Shown: piece after piece, positions 55,953 through 64,000 of the stretch
Layout of the letters: each line of letters begins with the position of its first letter
Numbering within the stretch: position 1 is the first letter of the stretch
IMG/VR virus record: IMGVR_UViG_3300029998_000015
DNA from: an uncultured virus (IMG/VR IMGVR_UViG_3300029998_000015)
Lineage: Duplodnaviria > Heunggongvirae > Uroviricota > Caudoviricetes
Strand: one strand, 5' to 3'
Length of the DNA stretch: 64,000 bases
Translations under genes and position numbers: made by a program
Notes under the pieces: model-generated
The model's database searches: none
What the model was told of the DNA's origin: nothing
What the model saw: only the letters and a program-made list of their open reading frames with translations

Positions 55953-58610
55953 ATGATAAATATTCAATTAGCTAGTGAAGAGTGGGTTAATAGTCAATTG
56001 ACTGGATCCACAGGTGGAGGTTCTGGCGGAACATCAGTTATAGATTTAACTTATAATGATTTACTAAATTTAATTAACTCGAATAGTTTAATTCCTAACC
56101 AAGCATATTTGATTACTGATTATCAAACAGTACATCAGATAACAAACACAAGTGATATTAATTACGGTATAAATGAACCGTTATTGGTAATATCAAGTAG
56201 TTTTAATACATTAAATGTTGAGGCTCATTCAAGTTTATATCCTCAGGATATAATATATTATAATTATAGAAATGATTCTAATATGGTACCTGGCTGTCAA
56301 TATGGATATATTTATAGAAGAATAGATACGATTCAAGATAATGATATATCATTTGATTTTAGACAAGTTAAATTTAGAAGATGGCAGATAATTGTAAATA
56401 ATGTTTGGAATTCAGGAACAACATATCAAAAAAATGATGTTGTTTTATACAATGGATCAATTTATATTTGTTTATATAATAATACTATTGGAGATAATAA
56501 TTTTTCATATAATTGGAATCAATTTAAATGGAATAACTTGTCTTATGTGAGTCCAACTGAAAATGTATGGAGCATTGGGAATTCAAACATTTCATGTAGT
56601 ACAGGTTACACTGACTATAATATGTGGTCTGATATTAATAATTATAATTATTCTCATTCTAATAAGATAGAACAACATAATAGTAATACCAATAATGGTG
56701 ATATTATAAGCAATAAAAATACTATAATTTTTGGAAGTTATTTTCAATATAATAAAATTATTGGAAATAATTTTATTAATAATAGCATAGGTGGTTATTT
56801 TCAAAATAATATAATTGGAAATTATTTTAATAATAATAGTGTTGGTGATTTTTTTCAAAATAATAATATTGGTGATTATATTTTTGATAATATTATTGGA
56901 AATAATTTTATTTTTAATAATATTATAAATCAATATTATAATAATAATATTGGTATGGATTTTCAAAATAATACAATAGAAAATAGTTTCAATCAGAATA
57001 GTATTAGCTATAATTTTATTTTTAATAATATTGGAAAAAGTTTTCAAAATAATAGTATTGGATATTATTTTGTATCAAATACAACTGGAAATTATTTTGG
57101 AGATAATAATATCAAAAGCTATTTTTCAGATAATATAATTGGAAATAATTTTGGTAGTAATAAAAACAGAGATTATTTTCAATATAATAATATAAAAAAT
57201 GAGTATCGTAATAATACCACAGATACTAATTTTAATAATAATACAATTGGAGATTCATTTTATAATAATACAATTGGAACTACTTTTTATCAAAATAATA
57301 TTAATCACCAGTTTAGTTATAATATAATTGGTAATGATAGTAAAGATAATATTATTGATCATGATTGTCAATATAATACAATAGGAAATAGTTTTCATGA
57401 TAATATAATAGGCAACATGTGCAGTAATAATATATTTGGAAATGGTAATAATAGTAATATCATTAAAAACTCATGTTCTCGTAACACATTTGGTATTAAT
57501 AATGTTAATAATACGATTGAAAGTTATAGTATGAATAATACATTTGATGGTAATTGTAGTAATAATGTTATTGAATATCAATGTAGCTTTAATATATTTT
57601 CTGGTAGTTGCTTTAATAATTCAATTGGAAGCAACTCTTCAAATATTACTATATTAAATGGACAAGGTAATATATTTGGTATTCAATGTAATACGATTAA
57701 TATAGGCAATAATAGTAAATATAATACATTTAAAAATTATTGTCAATTTGATACAATTGGTACTGATTTTTGGAATAATACAATTGAAAACAATTTTGTG
57801 CGTAACAAAATTGGAAATTATTGTCAGTATAATATATTTGGTGGAATTATTGTAGATAGTATTTTAGGTAATTATTTTAGTTATAATACATTTGGTAGTC
57901 AGGCTAAATGTAATCTAGGTGATAATTATTCCAATAATATTTTTAATAGTTCATGTAATTTGTCATTAGGAGGATCAGGATTTTCTAATAATATATTTGG
58001 TAGTCAATGTAATTTGTCAATTGGAGATAATTGTTATGATAATGTATTTGGAAATCAATGTAATTTGACAATAGGAAGTCAATTTTCAAATAATAATTTT
58101 GGTAGTCAGATTAACGGTTCTATTTCTGATAATTGTTATAATAATACATTTGTTGGACAATGCAATTTTACAATCGGTAGTAATTTTCAAAATAATACAA
58201 TTGGAAGTCAATGTAATTTAACAACATTAGACAATTTTCAATATAATACATTCGGTAGTGGCTGTGAATTTACAGTAGGAAATAATTTTAAAAATAATAC
58301 TATTAATAATTATTCTCAATCTAATACAGTTGGAGAAGATTTTAAGAATAATATTGTTGGTAGTAATTTTTCTGAGAATACTATTGGTGATAGTTTTAAT
58401 AATAACACAATTGGTAGTAGTTTTCAAAATATTATAATTGGTAGTAATTTTAATATGAATACTGTATGTGACAATTTTAATTATTTTAATTTAGATTTAA
58501 CATCATCAACGTATATTTATAATACTTACACAAAAGAATTATTTGTTAATTCAAACGGAGAGCAAAAATTAATTTATGATAAAATGGTTATTGTAGATGC
58601 AAATTTATAA
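55953..58610 (+). CDS. LASEEWV-tagged long fibre/spike-like beta-helix protein
   Basis: TDYQT domain; extended NxIG/NxFG repeats. Confidence 0.8.
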   Translation: MINIQLASEEWVNSQLTGSTGGGSGGTSVIDLTYNDLLNLINSNSLIPNQAYLITDYQTVHQITNTSDINYGINEPLLVISSSFNTLNVEAHSSLYPQDIIYYNYRNDSNMVPGCQYGYIYRRIDTIQDNDISFDFRQVKFRRWQIIVNNVWNSGTTYQKNDVVLYNGSIYICLYNNTIGDNNFSYNWNQFKWNNLSYVSPTENVWSIGNSNISCSTGYTDYNMWSDINNYNYSHSNKIEQHNSNTNNGDIISNKNTIIFGSYFQYNKIIGNNFINNSIGGYFQNNIIGNYFNNNSVGDFFQNNNIGDYIFDNIIGNNFIFNNIINQYYNNNIGMDFQNNTIENSFNQNSISYNFIFNNIGKSFQNNSIGYYFVSNTTGNYFGDNNIKSYFSDNIIGNNFGSNKNRDYFQYNNIKNEYRNNTTDTNFNNNTIGDSFYNNTIGTTFYQNNINHQFSYNIIGNDSKDNIIDHDCQYNTIGNSFHDNIIGNMCSNNIFGNGNNSNIIKNSCSRNTFGINNVNNTIESYSMNNTFDGNCSNNVIEYQCSFNIFSGSCFNNSIGSNSSNITILNGQGNIFGIQCNTINIGNNSKYNTFKNYCQFDTIGTDFWNNTIENNFVRNKIGNYCQYNIFGGIIVDSILGNYFSYNTFGSQAKCNLGDNYSNNIFNSSCNLSLGGSGFSNNIFGSQCNLSIGDNCYDNVFGNQCNLTIGSQFSNNNFGSQINGSISDNCYNNTFVGQCNFTIGSNFQNNTIGSQCNLTTLDNFQYNTFGSGCEFTVGNNFKNNTINNYSQSNTVGEDFKNNIVGSNFSENTIGDSFNNNTIGSSFQNIIIGSNFNMNTVCDNFNYFNLDLTSSTYIYNTYTKELFVNSNGEQKLIYDKMVIVDANL

Positions 58611-58628
58611 AATATAAAAATAGATAAG

Positions 58629-58663
58629 AAACTCAGTTAATAATAGTTAATTGAGTTTTTTTT
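58629..58663 (+). terminator. AACTCAGTTAA hairpin (copy 9, one mismatch)
   Basis: aaactcagttaa..ttaattgagttttt. Confidence 0.75.
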
Positions 58664-58734
58664 TATCATTATAGACTTATTTTGCTTTGAGTTTTTTATA
58701 TATACTATTATAAACAAAAAAAAATATAACAAAA

Positions 58735-59064
58735 ATGACAAATTTAATATCCCTAAGTGAAGGAGTTTGGATGCCAAAAGATCGAGTATTTCCAACAGAA
58801 GATCAGAAAAAAATATTATCAAGTACAAATTCTGGAGATACTGCAGCTAAAAATGATATATTAGCATTAATCGCATCTGGAAACACTGCAAATCCTTCTG
58901 ATGTAAGCAAAGCAATATTAGCATATAATTTGAAAAAACCAGCATTAGTAAATCCAACTGATGTGTATAAATTTATCGCATCTGCAGTAACGATCGAAGG
59001 TGATACAGTAACTGGATTTATAAATTATATGATGAATGGCGTTATAAATAAAATAACATTTTAA
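58735..59064 (+). CDS. Hypothetical (probably virion-associated) protein
   Basis: ORF with TATATA motif upstream, inside the tail cluster. Confidence 0.7.
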   Translation: MTNLISLSEGVWMPKDRVFPTEDQKKILSSTNSGDTAAKNDILALIASGNTANPSDVSKAILAYNLKKPALVNPTDVYKFIASAVTIEGDTVTGFINYMMNGVINKITF

Positions 59065-59067
59065 TCT

Positions 59068-59484
59068 ATGGCTTCAGATATAATACATTTAGCAAGTGAA
59101 GAATGGGTTAGTGATATTTTCAGTGGATTAACTGTTGCAATTGGTAGTGGAGTCACAATCAATACTGTATATAAATATAAAAAAATAAATTCTCCTACTG
59201 GAAATTTAAATTTAGATAATTGGACTGAAACATATATTGGAACAATATCGAGTGGAAACACAATAACTGTTATTCTTCCTACTCCAGCAAATGGGTTAGT
59301 TAATGAATCAATTTTAATATTCAAAACAGGAAGCTCAGTACCTACAATTTATCAACCGACTGGAGTTGTTTGGCGTGGAAATATTCCTATTTTAGGAATC
59401 AATTCTACTTGGACAATTGTTTATGAACAGGTATTTACAGAAACTGCTTTTGAAATTTATGCAGTAGCAATTAAAAACATTTAA
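59068..59484 (+). CDS. LASEEWV-tagged small beta-sandwich tail protein
   Basis: IIHLASEEWV; PTGVVWRG..P motif similar to N-terminal part of 44117 gene. Confidence 0.7.
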   Translation: MASDIIHLASEEWVSDIFSGLTVAIGSGVTINTVYKYKKINSPTGNLNLDNWTETYIGTISSGNTITVILPTPANGLVNESILIFKTGSSVPTIYQPTGVVWRGNIPILGINSTWTIVYEQVFTETAFEIYAVAIKNI

Positions 59485-59485
59485 T

Positions 59486-60229
59486 ATGAAATATTATAGC
59501 GGAGAATTATTTAACCCAGAAGAAATTATACCATTTAAAGGTGTAGATAATTTATGGGCATCAGCAGATATTATAACTGGTATCACTACAACTGGAATAA
59601 CAGTTTTAGATTTGGATGCAGGAAATCTAGCATCTTATCCTAAATCTGGAAATATTTGGTATGATTTAACAGGAAGAGAAAATAATGCGTATCTAAATAC
59701 TGGAAATGAATTTCAAACAATAGGAGGAGGTAGCATGAGGTTTGACGGAACACAAGGAATGGGTGTTGGTGTCTCACCAGATTTTAGTTCATTAAATACC
59801 AACATAACATTAGATTCTGTTATTTATTGTGATAATTTAAATGATAATAGACAAATATGTTCAAAAGGGTTTGGATATCAATATAGATTCAGAGTACAGA
59901 ATAATGGAAGTTTATGGATTTATTGTACAAATAATGGAGAGATGTCTGGTGGTCATATATATTTAAATACCTGGACATATGTAGCAGCAGTATTAAGTGA
60001 TACTGGATTCAGAATTTATATAAATGGTGAATTAGTAAATTCAAATTCTGTTCCATATAATCCAGCAACACCATTTTCAGATACATCTGGACATTATGTT
60101 GGAGCATACAATTCAATGCAAGAGCATTTTTCTGGGTATATTGCAACTCAAAGAAGATATAATAGAGCATTAAATGATAGTGAAATTATGAATAATTTTA
60201 CTGCTATAAGATCCAGATTTGGAATATAA
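59486..60229 (+). CDS. Concanavalin A-like / LamG (Laminin_G_3) domain protein
   Basis: LDAGNLASYP.SG..WYDLTG; TWTYVAAV..IYINGELV..FSGYI..RYNRAL..EI..NF...RFGI. Confidence 0.85.
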   Translation: MKYYSGELFNPEEIIPFKGVDNLWASADIITGITTTGITVLDLDAGNLASYPKSGNIWYDLTGRENNAYLNTGNEFQTIGGGSMRFDGTQGMGVGVSPDFSSLNTNITLDSVIYCDNLNDNRQICSKGFGYQYRFRVQNNGSLWIYCTNNGEMSGGHIYLNTWTYVAAVLSDTGFRIYINGELVNSNSVPYNPATPFSDTSGHYVGAYNSMQEHFSGYIATQRRYNRALNDSEIMNNFTAIRSRFGI

Positions 60230-60249
60230 TATAAAAATTAATTGATAAT

Positions 60250-60609
60250 ATGAAAGCAAAATTAATAGAAGGAAAAATAGAATTTTTTACACAACCAAAT
60301 TGGCTGTTAGGAGATTCAACAACATATTCAATTGAAAACGGATATAAAGAAGTTATATATGTAACAGGAACAACAACTGTTTATGAAGATGATTTAAATG
60401 TTTTTGTTGGAATGCCAACTCACATTGATAATAATGATGAGATAAAATTTAAAAGAAGTATGGCGTATAAAGATAGAAGTGATTCATATTATATGGCATA
60501 TCAAAAATATCTGGCTCTTAATAATATAGATAAAGCTAATCAATCAAAAGATTTATGGCTTTCTGAAATAAATAAAATAGATCTTGAATTTCCTTATGTT
60601 ACTGAATAA
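60250..60609 (+). CDS. Possible tail-fibre assembly/chaperone-like protein
   Basis: R..AY..RSD....W..EI..I..EFPY C-terminus; follows lectin gene. Confidence 0.55.
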   Translation: MKAKLIEGKIEFFTQPNWLLGDSTTYSIENGYKEVIYVTGTTTVYEDDLNVFVGMPTHIDNNDEIKFKRSMAYKDRSDSYYMAYQKYLALNNIDKANQSKDLWLSEINKIDLEFPYVTE

Positions 60610-60651
60610 ATTTATATTCAAAAATAAAGAAAATAAAAAAAAATATTAATT

Positions 60652-63600
60652 ATGAGTGAAATAATATATTTAGCTAGTCAGGAATGGGTTAGAGGATTTG
60701 AAAGCGGATTAACTGGAAGTAGTTCTGCAAGTTATTGGGAAAAAGTACCACCAACTATTGGAACTACAACTGAATTTCCTCTTTGGTGGTATAGTGGGGA
60801 TTATAATATATATGGAAAAGATTATTATAATTTTGACGCTGTAACAGCAGGTATTAGAGGAAACCAAGGAGTTTATTTTAATAACGGATTTTCAACTTAT
60901 TTTGGAACTTCAACACCAGGTAGTACATCTACTAAATTTTATGCTGCACTTTTAGATAATCAATTATCTACTATTTCATATAATGAATGGTCTGGATATA
61001 ATGGATTTTCAATAAGACTAACTCGTGAAGCGACTTCAGGTGAAACATTATTATCTGATGGAGAAATAATTTCATCTGGATTCACAGATATAGACGGAAA
61101 TGTATATAGTTGTGTTAAAATTGGTACTCAAATTTGGACTAGAGAAAATTTAAGAGTTATAAATGGATATGATTATGCATCATCTGCAACAACTTCATTA
61201 GTAACTTTGGATGATCATGATTGGTGGTATAATACTAGTACTCAATATCCTGCTTATGCTGAATATCCAATTGAAAATATTATAGAAGATTATGCAATAT
61301 TTAATTTACCTTTTACCATGCCTAGTGGATATACTCAAAATGATATAAATGTTATATACGGTAGAATATATTGCTTATTTGCAGCTAACACATTAATACA
61401 AAATAATCCAGATGGTTGGAGAGTACCTTTAAATTCTGATTTTGAAACAATGACGTCTTATATGATAAGTGTCAATCCAAATATAACAATAGATAATGTT
61501 GGCGATGCATTAAAGTCAATAAGACATGCAGATTATGAAGCAATAAAACCTATTAATAGTACTGGATATGTAATAGTAGATTGTAATTTAGTTGTAAGTG
61601 GTGGTACAATGAGTGGAGATGGATCAAAAATAACAAATATATCAGCAACTAATGTAGTTGGAATTCCAACTAATTATGCTCCATCTGATGGTGCTCAATA
61701 TTTAACTGTTGAAGGAAAAAATGTTGATTCTGGAATAAATGGAGAGGAATTACAAACTGTATATGATTTAGCAAAATCTATAAATCCGAGTTCAAATAAT
61801 CCTATAAACATAATTATATATCCTGGATATTACGGAATGCCTAATGGACTTAGTTTAGATACTCCTTATATAAATTTAATATCAGCAACAGGAGAATTAG
61901 ATGTTAAAATTGAATTTGCTGGCGCTATTGTTATTTCAGATAATATTAAATTGACAGGTATATTTTTTGGAGGTAGTGGATTAAAACTCACTGGAAATTT
62001 TCCAGGGTTATGGATTGAAAATTGTTCAGGAATGATAGATGGGGGTAATATTTTAACGTATCCAGATACTAATTTATCTGGAACTTTTAAAGATATAAAT
62101 TTAGTTAATGGTAATGGATTTGGTTATATACAAGAAGCATCTGGATATTTTGAAAATATATATCATAAAGGTGGAAATTTATTTTATGATACTAAAATTA
62201 TATCTGGTATATTCAAAAATTGTAATGCTGCAAACGGATTTGGTGTAGGAGGAGCTGTCATATCATCTGGTGCGACATTTGAAAATTGTACATGTGATGA
62301 TGCTGGATTTGGAGGAGGAGGAGGTTGTATTATATCATCTGGAACTACTTTTATTAATTGCAATTCTGGTGATAATTCATTTGGTAATAGTGGAATAGAA
62401 GTGTCTGGTACATTTATTAATTGTAATGCTGGAAATTCTTCATTTGGTGCTCATTGTATGACATCTGGAACATTTGTGAATTGTACAGCAAAAGGTAATA
62501 CTGGATCTTTTGGTGATTCTAAACAAGGTGGAACATTAACAGGTAGTTTATATAATTGTAGATTGACTACGCCAGGTACATTTGGACTTCCTTCAAGTGG
62601 AGGTACTATTCTGTTATGTATTGACGGTTATGGAGCAGTAATAGGAGCAGGAGATTTTGCTCCATCAGATGGAAATCAATATTTAACAGTTAAAGGAATC
62701 AGTAGTGATCCTGGAACAAATGGAGCTGAGTTACAGAATGTTTATAATATAGCTAAGGCTTTAAATCCAACAATAATTAGTCCAATTAATATAATTATTT
62801 ATCCTGGTTATTATGGAATGACATCATTAATTAGTTTAGATACTCCTTATATAAATTTAATTTCTTCAACAGGGGAATTAGATATTGAAATTGGTTATAG
62901 TGGTATATTAATTATCACAGATAATATTAAATTAATTGGTATAAATTTTACAGGTATGGGATTAGAAATAAGAGGAAATTTTCCTGGATTAAGGATTGAA
63001 AATTGTTCAGGACAAATTAAAGGTAGCACAATTGATAATAGTACTATTTTATCTGGAACATTTAAAAATTTAAAATTAACAAATAACACATTTGGATCAG
63101 GTGTTTCTGACTTTCCTGGTCATTTTGAAAATATAACATCAGACGGTGCGTTGTTTAATGGAGAGAATGGAGATTTATCTGGAAGATTTATAAATTGTAC
63201 TGCTGAAACTGGATTTTCTTCAACATCTTTATCTGGTACATTTATTAATTGTAATTCTGGAGATTTCTCATTTGGAACAAATGAAGTTGGAGCAAATGTA
63301 TCTGGAACATTTATAAATTGTACTGCTGGAAATACTTCATTTGGAATTGATGGTATTGCATCTGGAACATTTATAAATTGTACAGCAAAAAGTAAATCTT
63401 TTGGTGACTCTACACGAGGTGGAGCATTAACAGGAAGTTTATATAATTGTAGATTGACTACTCCAGGTACATTTGAAATACCTTCAAGTGGAGGTACAAT
63501 TATATTATGTATTGACGGTTATGGAAAAATAATTGGGGGAGGTGATTTTGCTCCAACAATAGGAACTCAATTTTTAACAGTAAAAGGTGGAAATAGTAAT

Positions 63601-64000
63601 CCTGGAATAAATGGAAATGAATTGCAAAATGTGTATAATATAGCGAAAGCTATAGTACCAGCACCAGATAGTCCAGTTAATATTATTATATATCCTGGAT
63701 ATTATAGTTTTCTAACTGATAGTCTTAATTTAGATACTCAAAATATAAATTTAGTTTCATCTACTGGAAATATCGATGTAAATATTGGTGGTTCTGGTGT
63801 TATAATTACTAATAATAAAATAAAAATAAATGGTATTAACTTTATTGACGGTGGCTTAAAACTAACAGGAAATTTTCCAGAATTATATATTGAAAATTGC
63901 TCTGGACAAATTCAAGCTGATACTACTAATGGTGATGTTACTGCATCTGGAACATTTAAGAATATAAATATTACAATGGGATCTGGGTTTTCAGGTATTT
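60652..64000 (+). CDS. Large LASQEWV-tagged fibre/adhesin, partial (runs off window): Fib_succ_major domain plus about three ~300-aa beta-helix repeats
   Basis: MSEIIYLASQEWV; DIDGNVYSCVKIGTQIWTRENL, YGRIY, PDGWRVP; repeats begin at 61678, 62659, 63550 in the same frame; not in the ORF track. Confidence 0.8.
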   Translation, partial: MSEIIYLASQEWVRGFESGLTGSSSASYWEKVPPTIGTTTEFPLWWYSGDYNIYGKDYYNFDAVTAGIRGNQGVYFNNGFSTYFGTSTPGSTSTKFYAALLDNQLSTISYNEWSGYNGFSIRLTREATSGETLLSDGEIISSGFTDIDGNVYSCVKIGTQIWTRENLRVINGYDYASSATTSLVTLDDHDWWYNTSTQYPAYAEYPIENIIEDYAIFNLPFTMPSGYTQNDINVIYGRIYCLFAANTLIQNNPDGWRVPLNSDFETMTSYMISVNPNITIDNVGDALKSIRHADYEAIKPINSTGYVIVDCNLVVSGGTMSGDGSKITNISATNVVGIPTNYAPSDGAQYLTVEGKNVDSGINGEELQTVYDLAKSINPSSNNPINIIIYPGYYGMPNGLSLDTPYINLISATGELDVKIEFAGAIVISDNIKLTGIFFGGSGLKLTGNFPGLWIENCSGMIDGGNILTYPDTNLSGTFKDINLVNGNGFGYIQEASGYFENIYHKGGNLFYDTKIISGIFKNCNAANGFGVGGAVISSGATFENCTCDDAGFGGGGGCIISSGTTFINCNSGDNSFGNSGIEVSGTFINCNAGNSSFGAHCMTSGTFVNCTAKGNTGSFGDSKQGGTLTGSLYNCRLTTPGTFGLPSSGGTILLCIDGYGAVIGAGDFAPSDGNQYLTVKGISSDPGTNGAELQNVYNIAKALNPTIISPINIIIYPGYYGMTSLISLDTPYINLISSTGELDIEIGYSGILIITDNIKLIGINFTGMGLEIRGNFPGLRIENCSGQIKGSTIDNSTILSGTFKNLKLTNNTFGSGVSDFPGHFENITSDGALFNGENGDLSGRFINCTAETGFSSTSLSGTFINCNSGDFSFGTNEVGANVSGTFINCTAGNTSFGIDGIASGTFINCTAKSKSFGDSTRGGALTGSLYNCRLTTPGTFEIPSSGGTIILCIDGYGKIIGGGDFAPTIGTQFLTVKGGNSNPGINGNELQNVYNIAKAIVPAPDSPVNIIIYPGYYSFLTDSLNLDTQNINLVSSTGNIDVNIGGSGVIITNNKIKINGINFIDGGLKLTGNFPELYIENCSGQIQADTTNGDVTASGTFKNINITMGSGFSGI

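Overview
Very AT-rich, gene-dense segment that is most likely part of a large (jumbo/mega) T4-like phage genome. The host is probably Bacteroidota, judged from TAnnTTTG host-type promoters and Fib_succ_major domains. There are no core replication or capsid genes, tRNAs or cas genes. The window is almost entirely four paralog expansions. (A) About 50 small proteins share an N-terminal MK(Y/H)IKxFE / MKIxxFNE tag resembling the T4 capsid-targeting sequence, and most also share a C-terminal KFN(I/L)-stop tag. Their cargo varies: 19 YopM/IpaH-type LRR proteins, about 23 SH3/KOW-like GDYV proteins, one ankyrin protein, one GNAT and others. (B) 22 proteins carry the motif KEEL..W..K..SCY..YDE..RK.KL. 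One of them has a CRISPR-like 36-bp repeat / 30-bp spacer array in frame at its 3' end, and several paralogs show decayed 22-aa versions. (C) Fibre/spike-like proteins have an N-terminal LASEEWV or T4 gp9/gp10-like docking segment and 9-aa NxIGxxFxx beta-helix repeats; most are followed by the same AACTCAGTTAA hairpin. (D) A non-coding hub at about 33.9-36.7 kb contains a 600-bp nested inverted repeat, direct repeats, a GC-rich structured island and a C-to-G strand-skew switch, making it a candidate replication origin. All functional calls come from motif recognition by eye; no searches were run.
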